Position numbers and translations under genes: made by a program
In this document: positions 19,893 through 29,383 of the stretch, one piece after another
How the letters are laid out: the number at the start of each line of letters is the position of its first letter
Numbering within the stretch: position 1 is the first letter of the stretch
Notes under the pieces: model-generated
Seen by the model: only the letters and a program-made list of their open reading frames with translations
Databases searched by the model: none
What the model was told of the DNA's origin: nothing
Source: Escherichia phage W22
DNA length: 64,000 bases
Sequence record: PV159336
Strand: one strand, 5' to 3'

Positions 19893-20456
19893 TTAAATAA
19901 TTTTATTCATGTCTTGACAATGTAAAAGGTGTGAAACAGCTTTTCTAGGATCATCATTACCTAAACGGTATGTGTGAAATAAATATAACCCACGTAGTAA
20001 ACCTAGCCTTTTATTGTTAGCGTGTAATGCTTTAGAGAAAATTATATCAAACTGTATTGATCTTTCCTCAAAAGGGATTTCATTCCACAAACTCTTACGA
20101 AAGAGAAGAAAGAATCCTGCTAAGATAGCATCTGTAGGTACTTCCTCTATTGAGTTTCCCCATTCTAGATGTGCTCTTTTTGCAATCTCAATGTGGTGTA
20201 ATATATTTGGATCTTCACTTCTTTCATTATTAAATAATTGATATGTTGATCCCAGTCTATTACAAGATGCACCAAGAACATCAAAATCAGGATTTGAACG
20301 GACTATTGATTCCAACCAAGCAGGTTGTTCTGGAAGAAGAAACATTGTATCAATGTCTCTTAGGCAAATCCAACTATCTTCTGGTAAGACACTTATTGTG
20401 TCATTGATACCTTTTCCAATATCTCCAGAAAGATAGGGAGTTATGTGAAATATCAT
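19893..20456 (-). CDS. putative glycosyltransferase/nucleotide-sugar transferase
   Basis: GGAGGG RBS; CLRDIDTMF acidic motif; fourth member of the transferase cluster; weak call. Confidence 0.35.
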   Translation of the reverse strand: MIFHITPYLSGDIGKGINDTISVLPEDSWICLRDIDTMFLLPEQPAWLESIVRSNPDFDVLGASCNRLGSTYQLFNNERSEDPNILHHIEIAKRAHLEWGNSIEEVPTDAILAGFFLLFRKSLWNEIPFEERSIQFDIIFSKALHANNKRLGLLRGLYLFHTYRLGNDDPRKAVSHLLHCQDMNKII

Positions 20457-20513
20457 ACTCCCTCCGTATTATTACTTTAGCATTTTTAGACTAAAAAGTC
20501 CAAATGGTTTTAC

Positions 20514-20708
20514 CTATTGATTACGTTTTGCGAGTTCCATTTGGATAGCTAAACTGTGATCTCGTGCTTCCATATACTCTTTATATGTTTCATTAAGATG
20601 ATCACGACAAACATCACGCAGTTTAATCAGTTTATCTGTAGGGATACCACTAAGATCATCCCAAGACTTTACAACTTCACCAGTATCATTGATCCCAATG
20701 GTTTTCAT
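20514..20708 (-). CDS. hypothetical protein
   Basis: 64 aa ORF. Confidence 0.35.
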   Translation of the reverse strand: MKTIGINDTGEVVKSWDDLSGIPTDKLIKLRDVCRDHLNETYKEYMEARDHSLAIQMELAKRNQ

Positions 20709-20916
20709 CTACAACCTCCTTAATTGCTACAGCACAGTTTTTGCAGATACACTGCCCTTTACCTTTAGAAATCTGGATGTAAGGTTCATTTTCATTTTCG
20801 CCCTTACGTGAGTCATATATTACAGAATTGAAGCACACAACGCAAATATTTTTTAAGATTGTATACTTATCAACTTTCTTTTTTGTTTTAAAGTTAACTT
20901 CAATAACATCAGCCAT
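20686..20916 (-). CDS. small zinc-ribbon protein
   Basis: Start refined to ATG 20916 (TGATG overlap with upstream stop); two CxxC pairs (CVVC...CICKNC). Confidence 0.4.
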   Translation of the reverse strand: MADVIEVNFKTKKKVDKYTILKNICVVCFNSVIYDSRKGENENEPYIQISKGKGQCICKNCAVAIKEVVDENHWDQ

Positions 20917-21194
20917 CAGTGTAACACTCCCAGTATGTTGTTTTGTGACATAACCATAGAACATTCAACATTATCGTGACTACGTGAAAAACGTTCCCAA
21001 ACATCTTCATCGACTCGTAAAGCTATACAAGGATAGACGTTATCATTGATCATTTCAATTGAATAAACATCCACATTGTCTTCGTCCTCGATGAACATCA
21101 TTGCAAACTGTTCTAAATGTTTCCTAATGTAATGTACATCCTCTTCTGTAAGACCAATAACAAGATAACTTGCAACGATAACGCCATCTTTCAT
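20916..21194 (-). CDS. hypothetical protein
   Basis: 92 aa ORF, translationally coupled to downstream gene. Confidence 0.4.
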   Translation of the reverse strand: MKDGVIVASYLVIGLTEEDVHYIRKHLEQFAMMFIEDEDNVDVYSIEMINDNVYPCIALRVDEDVWERFSRSHDNVECSMVMSQNNILGVLH

Positions 21195-21204
21195 CTATAT
21201 CTCC

Positions 21205-21714
21205 TTAGCGATAGAATTGATGTTCTTTGTAGCGGTACACCAGAACCATATCTTTTTCCCAGTGTGCTCTTATTGTAGATTTTTTAAAGTATAATGCTCC
21301 TTTTGTAATATCTAATGCAATTCGTAATTCTGGAAAATGGTTATCGAGATAAAGTAGACGTTCTGCTATAGCTTTAGCGTCTTTCCACTTATCGTGTTCC
21401 ATAACGTTGAATGTCTTCGTGTAAGAGAATTGTCCTTTCTGAAACAAAACTTCTTTTATAGTATCAGGGAAATATGAATCTCTAGCCCTATTCAATACTA
21501 CATTACCAACAGCAGACATACCGCGCTTTCCTTGATTACGACTTTCTGCATAGATTGCACAAGCTAATAGATTTTCTTTACTATCACGCTTTGTACACTT
21601 GTGAACTACTTTAGCAGTTTTTACGTTTGCAGCTTCGGCTTGCGCCACAACAGGTGTAAATGTAAAAGCAGTTAAGGATAGTAACGCAATTGCGACAAAG
21701 GTTTTTATTGACAA
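21205..21714 (-). CDS. secreted cell-wall hydrolase (SleB/CwlJ-type), candidate endolysin
   Basis: TTG start with AGGAGG RBS; signal peptide MSIKTFVAIALLSLTAFTFTPVVAQA; CAIYAESRNQ...AVGNVVLNRA...FPDTIKEVLFQKGQFS block. Confidence 0.65.
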   Translation of the reverse strand: MSIKTFVAIALLSLTAFTFTPVVAQAEAANVKTAKVVHKCTKRDSKENLLACAIYAESRNQGKRGMSAVGNVVLNRARDSYFPDTIKEVLFQKGQFSYTKTFNVMEHDKWKDAKAIAERLLYLDNHFPELRIALDITKGALYFKKSTIRAHWEKDMVLVYRYKEHQFYR

Positions 21715-21745
21715 ACTTGCCTCCTATTTTGTTAAACGAACTTTT

Positions 21746-21774
21746 ATTGTAACACAGAAGAGGCTATTTTGCAA
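21746..21774 (-). promoter_or_regulatory. sigma70-like promoter for cell-wall hydrolase gene
   Basis: On - strand TTGCAA (21769-74), 17 nt, TACAAT (21746-51), about 30 nt upstream of start. Confidence 0.5.
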
Positions 21775-21806
21775 GTGGAGGGGGACTATCCCCCTCTTAC
21801 ACTCTG

Positions 21807-22409
21807 TTAGATATTGTAAACCTTTGTATGAGTTACTACACCATCTTCTACAAAATCAATACGTTCTTGATCCGTGACTAGTGCAGACAACACTTTAAAT
21901 TTAATTTTTACACGTTCAAAAGCTGGTTGACCATCTTTAAGATAATTATGTTCGGTTGTCACTGTCTTGTTTACAAAATCAACTTTCGCTTTACCGTTTT
22001 CGCGTAGGTGGAATGTTTTTCCTGCTTTGTACACAATTTCAACATTACCTTCGAGAGTAATTCCTTCAAAAAGTTCACCCTCTTCTTCATTTTCTTCACT
22101 TTTGAACAGACGACGAAACTCTTCCATATCAAGATAAACAACATCTTCAGAAGAACTATCAGTAAGATATGTCTTACCCTCCATCAACCCGAAATATTGC
22201 CAGATTGCCGAATAAACATCACTAGATGATCCAAGGGTTTCTCTGAGTTTAGTTCCACGGATTACTTCATAAACTTCAAAATTGAAACCAGACTGCAAAG
22301 CATCAAACAGCACATCACTAACTTCTAAAGCATAATCTTCATCGCTGTCAATATCTACAAGAAAATTGCCGCTACGAATAAGTTTTTGACCTTCTAAAGT
22401 AATACCCAT
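21807..22409 (-). CDS. hypothetical acidic protein
   Basis: 200 aa ORF with AGAGGAG RBS. Confidence 0.45.
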   Translation of the reverse strand: MGITLEGQKLIRSGNFLVDIDSDEDYALEVSDVLFDALQSGFNFEVYEVIRGTKLRETLGSSSDVYSAIWQYFGLMEGKTYLTDSSSEDVVYLDMEEFRRLFKSEENEEEGELFEGITLEGNVEIVYKAGKTFHLRENGKAKVDFVNKTVTTEHNYLKDGQPAFERVKIKFKVLSALVTDQERIDFVEDGVVTHTKVYNI

Positions 22410-22436
22410 TGTTTTCTCCTCTTTTATTTCAAATAT

Positions 22437-22452
22437 GCGCCCCGAAGGGCGC
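22437..22452 (-). terminator. hairpin terminator downstream of TerD-like gene
   Basis: GCGCCC-CGAA-GGGCGC hairpin followed by AT-rich tract on - strand. Confidence 0.4.
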
Positions 22453-22473
22453 TATGATTTATTACTTGACGTC

Positions 22474-23070
22474 TTACTCGAACCAATCGTCGCCAGCGCC
22501 AAACGCTTTAACTACATCGTAAATGTCAAGCCCAGCTTTACCTACACCATATGCTTTCAGTTTCCATTCGCTATCTTCTCGCACCAGGGAGGCAACGTGG
22601 CAAATGGTGTTACCTGCAAGTTCTGGAGCCAAGAAGTCAAAGTCCAGCAGTTCAACATTACGTTCATCATCGAAGATTTTAAGGAAACCTTCGGTAGCGT
22701 GACCAAGGCGTTTCTTACCCGTTTCGTCATCAATAGTAATTACGAATGCAATTTCCTGTGCTTCAGCAGAGATATTATCCAGTGTAACATCAATCTGCTC
22801 CATCTGTCCTACACCATCACGAACATCTTCACCTGCAAAAGTAGAACGTTCAGGATCAAATTTCTGCGCGTAGCACACCAGGTGACGAGGAGACAACAGT
22901 TCCGGCAGACCAGATGCATTGTGTCGGCAAATCAGAGCACTAACATCCAGATCCAGTTTTTCGTTAGATTTCCAAGAGAATTCCAGACGAATGCGTTTCA
23001 GTGCTGGTGCGATCTTTTTCAGAGAAACTTTTTCGCTAGAACCTTTTTTCAGGGAAATTTTCTGAGTCAT
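22474..23070 (-). CDS. TerD-family protein
   Basis: AAGGAGA RBS; ISLKKGSSEKVSLKK, LDLDVSAL, acidic GEDVRDGVG, EIAFVITIDD and EWKLKAYGVG blocks match TerD pattern. Confidence 0.8.
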   Translation of the reverse strand: MTQKISLKKGSSEKVSLKKIAPALKRIRLEFSWKSNEKLDLDVSALICRHNASGLPELLSPRHLVCYAQKFDPERSTFAGEDVRDGVGQMEQIDVTLDNISAEAQEIAFVITIDDETGKKRLGHATEGFLKIFDDERNVELLDFDFLAPELAGNTICHVASLVREDSEWKLKAYGVGKAGLDIYDVVKAFGAGDDWFE

Positions 23071-23142
23071 AATTTATTATCTCCTTTGTTGTTAATTTAC
23101 GTTGTCTATTTTACTAATCTTTTCTACAAAGTCAAGCGTTTT

Positions 23143-23937
23143 TTACGCTTTTGCTCCGAATTTTTTAACCCACTCACCAAACTCTTCGGATAACAGTTTA
23201 TCGTAAAGTTCTTCATCAGACAAGGACAAATCTGCAATACCGATAAAATCAACATTATCGTACTCTTTTGCCAAGTCTTTCAGGAATTTAAAGTTTGCAT
23301 TACCTACACCAACCATAAACCAGTAAACAGGCGTATTGCGGTGTTTGTTCAGTAAGCTACGTACTGCTGAAGTATCCATGTTTTCCCCGTCAGTTTGGAA
23401 GAAAATCATTGCAGGAGTACGATCAACTTGTGCATCAGTATCTACAACCTGTTCTACAACAGTACGTGTTACTTCTACAAGTTCTTTTTTACCAGTTAGT
23501 TTAGCAAGGAAACCCTTAGCCGGGACTTCTTCATACTCAACGACTTCACGTGTAATATTTTTCATAGGTACACTACCGAAGTATGTATCATAGATCTCTT
23601 GCATTACTGGAGCATAAGCAGTACCACCGTTGATGCAAACATTAGACATGCAAGAGCCGACATAATCATCATACACATCAGCCGTTGCAGGAGGCAGTTC
23701 AAAAGAAGAACTATTGAAAGCCCACATGTCAATCTGTGCATTATCATCAAACTTCATACCAAACGGCAGCAGTTTACCTACAAAATCACTAACAGTGCCA
23801 TCACGATACAGCTCACACATACTACCCGAAATATCTAAGGCGCTACCGACACGAAGAACAACATCGTTAATCTTTTTCTTACGCAGAGATACAGTAAGAG
23901 TTTCTTGACGTTTTTTAAGACTGATTTTATTGGACAT
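23143..23937 (-). CDS. von Willebrand factor A (vWA) domain protein
   Basis: AAAGGAGA RBS; MIDAS-like DISGSM and downstream GGTAY; N-terminus ISLKK...VSLRK resembles TerD N-terminus. Confidence 0.5.
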   Translation of the reverse strand: MSNKISLKKRQETLTVSLRKKKINDVVLRVGSALDISGSMCELYRDGTVSDFVGKLLPFGMKFDDNAQIDMWAFNSSSFELPPATADVYDDYVGSCMSNVCINGGTAYAPVMQEIYDTYFGSVPMKNITREVVEYEEVPAKGFLAKLTGKKELVEVTRTVVEQVVDTDAQVDRTPAMIFFQTDGENMDTSAVRSLLNKHRNTPVYWFMVGVGNANFKFLKDLAKEYDNVDFIGIADLSLSDEELYDKLLSEEFGEWVKKFGAKA

Positions 23938-23938
23938 A

Positions 23939-24208
23939 TTATTTCTCCTTTCTGAGTGTAATGTTAGTAACTTCTAAATCCACTTCTACCACTTCTGTAT
24001 CATATAAAATACAGTTAAGTTGACCTCTTTGTGAACCGTTCAGACACATTGCTTGGTTTGTATTAACTTTAATAAACACTAAGTTTCTGAACGTATCTAA
24101 ACCAGAATCTTGATACGCAACATAATATACGAATGTATCACCTGCGTCAAGTTCTCCAAAACATTTAGGTTCATCTGATTTATCGTCTTTGATATTAAAT
24201 TTAAGCAC
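23939..24208 (-). CDS. hypothetical protein
   Basis: 89 aa ORF tightly packed. Confidence 0.4.
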   Translation of the reverse strand: MLKFNIKDDKSDEPKCFGELDAGDTFVYYVAYQDSGLDTFRNLVFIKVNTNQAMCLNGSQRGQLNCILYDTEVVEVDLEVTNITLRKEK

Positions 24209-24764
24209 TGTCTTCTCCTTTACCTGCCATCCAGCCTAAATAGAAAGCCTCTCTGGTGATCTTTTGCAACTCGTTTAAAGAGATAGTTACAACTAAATCA
24301 TCTTCAATTTCTAGCTTTGAGTCTTCTTCTGTCTCAATGCAAGTATTATGCACTTTGTGGTAAGGATTGTCAACACGTTTAAATTTATTATTTTCAGTGC
24401 TGAAGAAGCAATCTGGATCTTCTTCTCCATCACCCCAACCCTGGTTAGGGTCTTCTTCAGATCTTTCTGTTGGGATCTCACCTGTAAAGTGCTCTTCTAA
24501 TACCATAGCGATACCATCTCCAAGATCGGAAGAGAACATCAAATTACAAACTTCTTCCCAAGGCATAGACCACTTAAATCTTTTACGATTGCCATGTTTA
24601 TCTTCTTCGTTAGAGAAAACACTACCATAGCTATCATAATTGCCATACATCTCTTCAACAACTTTACCACCTTTCAAAAGAAATAGGTAGCAAGGAGAAC
24701 CATCGAAAGAGGTAGAAAGAGCAGCATTACCAGACTCTTTGCACAAGAAACTAAAACACCCCAT
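24201..24764 (-). CDS. hypothetical acidic protein
   Basis: 187 aa ORF. Confidence 0.4.
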   Translation of the reverse strand: MGCFSFLCKESGNAALSTSFDGSPCYLFLLKGGKVVEEMYGNYDSYGSVFSNEEDKHGNRKRFKWSMPWEEVCNLMFSSDLGDGIAMVLEEHFTGEIPTERSEEDPNQGWGDGEEDPDCFFSTENNKFKRVDNPYHKVHNTCIETEEDSKLEIEDDLVVTISLNELQKITREAFYLGWMAGKGEDSA

Positions 24765-24964
24765 TATACACCAGCCTTAAGATCAATTAAAGCCAAAGTT
24801 GTTTCAGAATGTGTTTGCTCGTCTACAGGTGCAGTCATATGATAATACAAAAAGTCTTCGGCATCATACCAATCTGACTCTTGACCTTGTTTCCAACCAT
24901 CAATGAAAGCATCTTCCATAATGGTTTGTAATTCTTCACGAGTTAAGTGAATATCTTTATTCAT
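24764..24964 (-). CDS. hypothetical protein
   Basis: 66 aa ORF, start/stop coupled. Confidence 0.35.
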   Translation of the reverse strand: MNKDIHLTREELQTIMEDAFIDGWKQGQESDWYDAEDFLYYHMTAPVDEQTHSETTLALIDLKAGV

Positions 24965-25197
24965 TACACATTCTCCTCTTTTACCAATTCCATCGTTGAA
25001 CTATCAAAACCATCTTTAGAAGAATAGGTATAGACAGAACGTAGTTCTCGCAGGACAGTAAATACATTAGGATCATCTAACCAAGCATCCTGGAGGAGAA
25101 CATAACGATCTTCATTGTCGTACTGGACAGCGATCATAGAACCAGACAGTTTGTAAATTTTAATATTCATAATATATTGCTCCTTAAAGTAGACCAC
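24964..25197 (-). CDS. hypothetical protein
   Basis: 77 aa ORF. Confidence 0.35.
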   Translation of the reverse strand: MVYFKEQYIMNIKIYKLSGSMIAVQYDNEDRYVLLQDAWLDDPNVFTVLRELRSVYTYSSKDGFDSSTMELVKEENV

Positions 25198-26287
25198 GTT
25201 TAACAGTTTGAATCATACCATCTTCAAGAGATTGCACTTCTTGAATATAATCAATACGAGCAGCACGGGCTTCAGTGTTGATTCGGTTAGTTTCTTCCAA
25301 CATTTTAACTAAGTTTTCTTGATCGCGACGTAATGTTTCAATATCCAATACTTGACGATTAGCAAGTTGCGTAGCTTCAATTTGGTTTTGTGAAGCCAGA
25401 TCACTACCCATTGCAATAGCAGCATTAAATTCATTCAGTACATTGTTCTGTGTATCGGCTGCTTTCTTCTGGCGTAGACTTTCAATATACATAGAAAAGT
25501 TTGCAGAGTAAGCAGGGATAACATTATTCACAATGTTACGTGCTGATCGCATCAAACTTGCAGATACTTTCTGCATACTTTGTACACGTGGCCCCATCTG
25601 AACACACAGTAAACGCAAGGCTTTCAGGTCTGCAATACGAATTTCAAGCAGATCCATAGTATCACGAGTACGTTGACGCTCTTCTACTTCATTTTCAGGT
25701 AGTGTATTAAGGCGAACTTCTTCTTTTTCATAAGTAGCTGTTAGAAGCTCTATATCCCTGTTTAAGCTAAGAGCATATTTTGCAATAGCCTCTTCTAAAC
25801 GTTGCAGATATCGTAAAGAATCTTCTTCTTTTTTCAAGTCTGTTTGGAGTGTCTTTACCAAACCTTCAATACGATTATTGATGGTGTCAAATTCACCAAA
25901 CAAATCTTCTTTCATACCTAATACTTTCTTAACTAGTTTACCTAAGCCTTTAGATTGTTTAATAGAGTTAGGATCAAGTTGCTTTGCTTGCTTAATAAGT
26001 GCAGTTAAACGTTCACTCATTTCATCTCCCTGAGATGAACGCTGGTGTTTAAGCACTTCAGCATTAAGGTTACGAAGAGTAAGTCCTGCATCAGCACCAA
26101 CTTGTTCAATCTCTTCACGAGACATTGGAGGCAGCATTTGTACAGGTCGTGCAACAGCAGGGGCATATACAGGGCTTGCATCCATAGCACTTGGAGCAAA
26201 CAAAGACTTACTTTTTTCTGTTGTTGCCGTGAATACACTCATTTCAGACGGTTTGCTTTTTACGGCACTGATAAAAGGACTGGACAT
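25184..26287 (-). CDS. TelA-like (toxic anion resistance family) helical protein
   Basis: GGAGGA RBS; 367 aa, alpha-helical, coiled-coil-rich; similarity judged by pattern and by context with TerD/TerC; unverified. Confidence 0.4.
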   Translation of the reverse strand: MSSPFISAVKSKPSEMSVFTATTEKSKSLFAPSAMDASPVYAPAVARPVQMLPPMSREEIEQVGADAGLTLRNLNAEVLKHQRSSQGDEMSERLTALIKQAKQLDPNSIKQSKGLGKLVKKVLGMKEDLFGEFDTINNRIEGLVKTLQTDLKKEEDSLRYLQRLEEAIAKYALSLNRDIELLTATYEKEEVRLNTLPENEVEERQRTRDTMDLLEIRIADLKALRLLCVQMGPRVQSMQKVSASLMRSARNIVNNVIPAYSANFSMYIESLRQKKAADTQNNVLNEFNAAIAMGSDLASQNQIEATQLANRQVLDIETLRRDQENLVKMLEETNRINTEARAARIDYIQEVQSLEDGMIQTVKRGLL

Positions 26288-26355
26288 TCAATTTCCTCCA
26301 TATTCTTTAGTAGATGGTGATACCTCTGTACCACCATCATAACACAAATTAAGTA

Positions 26356-27207
26356 TTAAACAAACATATCTAAATAATTTGTAGTAATAAATGCTCCATC
26401 TGCTTCCAGATTAACATAACCAGTAGCATTAGTGGTTAAGAAATCCAGATCGAAGGATTCTTTAACACCCCGTACCTCAACACGAGAGATATCGAATACA
26501 GGTAGTGTAACAGCCTCTTCGTGCAATACCGTACCTTTGTAGGTTGCCTTAATGATAAACTTGATATTACCCGTTCCCGCATCATACAAAACACTTTCAA
26601 ACCCTTTGAGAGTATACTTATCACCAGAAGTGAAGTGCAAAGTGGCTTTGTTTACAGTACGTTTTTTACGAGGAGTTCCTTTCACACGTTTATGATCACT
26701 ACGTTTTTTGTATTTAGGAGTGAATACAAACGATACACTCTCAAGAAAGGTATCAACATCAAGGATTTCAATATCCTCTGTTGCAGCAAATTTTGAAGTC
26801 GTTGCATCAAAATGCTTTCCCCTGCGATCATACATAAAGATATCAAACCGATCTTCTACATCAAACAAATTATGTATCTTAATTTCAGAATGCTTGCACA
26901 TTGCAGCAACCTTAAACTCTTCAAAACGTGGGTGTTCTACAAGCTCTTCAAGTTTTACACCAAAGACAGTATATTGTTTCGAAGTTTTTTCTGGCGTTGG
27001 CATTACAGAAGCATAATCACCGATTGCGCTTTTAAAGCAAAATTGTTCTTGACCTGTATTTTTACCAACGAATTTACAGTATTCGTCATCGTGCATACTT
27101 TCTTTGGTAGTACCAACAAACTCAAAACCATCTTTATTCTTCTCAAGAATTTCTTGATTAAAGATCCAACCTTCCAGGCGATACACTTTACCAACTTCTA
27201 GTTTCAT
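26356..27207 (-). CDS. hypothetical protein
   Basis: 283 aa ORF. Confidence 0.45.
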   Translation of the reverse strand: MKLEVGKVYRLEGWIFNQEILEKNKDGFEFVGTTKESMHDDEYCKFVGKNTGQEQFCFKSAIGDYASVMPTPEKTSKQYTVFGVKLEELVEHPRFEEFKVAAMCKHSEIKIHNLFDVEDRFDIFMYDRRGKHFDATTSKFAATEDIEILDVDTFLESVSFVFTPKYKKRSDHKRVKGTPRKKRTVNKATLHFTSGDKYTLKGFESVLYDAGTGNIKFIIKATYKGTVLHEEAVTLPVFDISRVEVRGVKESFDLDFLTTNATGYVNLEADGAFITTNYLDMFV

Positions 27208-27242
27208 CTGTTTCTCCTTCTTATTTAATCTGTATTAAATTA

Positions 27243-27833
27243 TTAACGACGACGTGAGCTACTAAAACTACGTTTCGACGAAGAATAACTTTTCGAAGAC
27301 TTACTATAAGAGCTAATAGGGCTTGAGTAAGACTTACGAGCAGAGTAATTACTATTCACTTTTGTTGTTGATGGGCGTGAATACGTTTGTACACTTTGCT
27401 GCTTAATTGTGTTTTGTTTAGTGGTTGTATATGTATTCCCTTGTTTATCATAAAAACTATGCTTTTGTGTTGTATATGCTTTACTGTTAGTTGTAGGAGC
27501 AGCGTTGTTATTAATAATTGTTGTATTGCTACCGCCATCTCTATAACCACCACCGCCACTATTACCACTCAACATATGACCAAGAAGCATACCTGTAGCA
27601 AACTCACCTACACCAGAAGAACCACTGCCGCCTCCTTGCACAACAACTGTTGAAGGTTGTGCAGGTGCTGCTTGAACAACTTGAGGTGCAGGTTGATTTA
27701 CATATTGTTCATCTACCATCTGATTTGGTGTTTGTTGGTAACGTTGGTTTTGTACATTTTCAGAATCATCACAACCTACCAGCAATGCACTGCCTAAAAC
27801 AACTGCAACAATAAAAGATTTAATGTTTTTCAT
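27243..27833 (-). CDS. lipoprotein with glycine-zipper-like segment and Ser/Tyr/Lys-rich tail
   Basis: Start taken at MKNIKSF; signal peptide with lipobox LLVGC; GMLLGHMLSGNSGGGG. Confidence 0.5.
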   Translation of the reverse strand: MKNIKSFIVAVVLGSALLVGCDDSENVQNQRYQQTPNQMVDEQYVNQPAPQVVQAAPAQPSTVVVQGGGSGSSGVGEFATGMLLGHMLSGNSGGGGYRDGGSNTTIINNNAAPTTNSKAYTTQKHSFYDKQGNTYTTTKQNTIKQQSVQTYSRPSTTKVNSNYSARKSYSSPISSYSKSSKSYSSSKRSFSSSRRR

Positions 27834-28026
27834 TTGTAACCCTCTCATTTAAAGTCTCAACACAATTTTTAAAATCTCTAGAGAAACAATACATCTGTTC
27901 TCCGTTCCTGTTGATAGTAATTGTATGGTTATCAATATATGTTGTCAATATAAAAATCAAACAAAATAGCCCTAAAGCAAAACAAATATTTTCAAACAGA
28001 ATCCAAAGAACACGTAAAACCACCAT
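27820..28026 (-). CDS. small hydrophobic protein
   Basis: 68 aa ORF with hydrophobic core. Confidence 0.3.
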   Translation of the reverse strand: MVVLRVLWILFENICFALGLFCLIFILTTYIDNHTITINRNGEQMYCFSRDFKNCVETLNERVTNEKH

Positions 28027-28029
28027 CAG

Positions 28030-28060
28030 ATCACCTCAACAAAGCCCCCGAAGGGGCTTA
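28030..28060 (-). terminator. rho-independent terminator after TerC-like gene
   Basis: AAGCCCC-CGAA-GGGGCTT hairpin then UUUGUUG on - strand. Confidence 0.55.
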
Positions 28061-28065
28061 ATGAA

Positions 28066-29043
28066 TTAAGCAACAGCCTGGTCTTCTTTTTCAGGGAAGA
28101 TTAAACTTGCAATAACACCCAGCCCCAGAGTACCTAACACAATATACATACTGATCGTCGGATCAATGTGTGCTGGCAGGAAACTCACTTTTGCGTGCAG
28201 AGTTTCTGCAAACGGGTGATACATCAGTTTTACACCCACAAATACCAGGACTACGATAACTGCTTTCTCCAGATGAACCAAATATTTCAGTGCAACACTA
28301 AGGACAAAGAACAGAGCACGTAGACCTAAAATTGCACACAGCATTGAAGAAAATACAAGCAGAGGTTCTTGTGTCACTGCAATTACTGCTGGAACAGAGT
28401 CTACTGCAAAGATTACGTCAACCATTTCCATTACAAACACACAAACCAATGCAGGAGTTGCTACACGAACACCATTTTTGATTGTGAAGAACTTCTCACC
28501 ATCCATCTGATCAGATACAGGGAACAGCTTACGAACAATGCGAGTAGCCCAGTGTTTAGAGTAATCAACTTCTGCGTCATTATCTCCAGCGAATACCATT
28601 TTAGCTGCACAGAAAAGGATGACCGCACCGAAGAAGATATTAACATACCAGCCCAAACTCAACAAGTAAGTACCTACTGCTACAAACACACCTCGGAAGA
28701 CAATCGCACCTGCAATACCCCAAAGTAGAATCTTGTGTTGCAAGTGTGTACTTTTAATACCAAAACTTGCGAATACTGCCACAAATACTACTAAGTTATC
28801 TACAGAAAGAGATTTCTCCAACACATACCCACTCAAGAACAAGCTCGCAAAATCAGCACCGTGTTGGAAGTATACAAAACCATAGTAGGCTAATGATACC
28901 CCAATCCAGAAAATTGACCAGCCAATTGCAGATTTAAATGAAATTTCTTTGTTTTCCCTGTGTCCAAAGAAATCAATACAAATCGACAAGACTAAAATAC
29001 CCACTAAAACAACCACATCAATAATTGGGAAACCCAGTTGCAT
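28066..29043 (-). CDS. TerC-family integral membrane protein
   Basis: AGAGGAG RBS; multi-TM; signature LEKSLSVDNLVVF. Confidence 0.8.
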   Translation of the reverse strand: MQLGFPIIDVVVLVGILVLSICIDFFGHRENKEISFKSAIGWSIFWIGVSLAYYGFVYFQHGADFASLFLSGYVLEKSLSVDNLVVFVAVFASFGIKSTHLQHKILLWGIAGAIVFRGVFVAVGTYLLSLGWYVNIFFGAVILFCAAKMVFAGDNDAEVDYSKHWATRIVRKLFPVSDQMDGEKFFTIKNGVRVATPALVCVFVMEMVDVIFAVDSVPAVIAVTQEPLLVFSSMLCAILGLRALFFVLSVALKYLVHLEKAVIVVLVFVGVKLMYHPFAETLHAKVSFLPAHIDPTISMYIVLGTLGLGVIASLIFPEKEDQAVA

Positions 29044-29120
29044 TCTTTTCTCCTCTTTAATGCGGAGGACAATCCTCCGCTCTATGTCGTATACTATAAA
29101 CTGTTTTTAAAGAAAGTCAA

Positions 29121-29369
29121 CTAGTTCAGTTCTGTAATTTTAAGTTTATCTTCTTTGTTAATGATAGGGAAAGCTACAGCATCACCTACATCATCAATAA
29201 AGCAAACAGCAAGACCACCTTCCACTTTGCTAACCTGGCCATTAAAGGCGTGATACGGGGCAGGAACAATATCTCCATCTTCAAGGAGAATAGCCTCATA
29301 AACCTTACCAACAGTACAATCACGAGTGTTTATAAATTTTTCAAGCACTTCAACATTTACTTTACGCAT
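29121..29369 (-). CDS. hypothetical protein
   Basis: 82 aa ORF. Confidence 0.4.
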   Translation of the reverse strand: MRKVNVEVLEKFINTRDCTVGKVYEAILLEDGDIVPAPYHAFNGQVSKVEGGLAVCFIDDVGDAVAFPIINKEDKLKITELN

Positions 29370-29383
29370 ATAAAAATCCTCTC

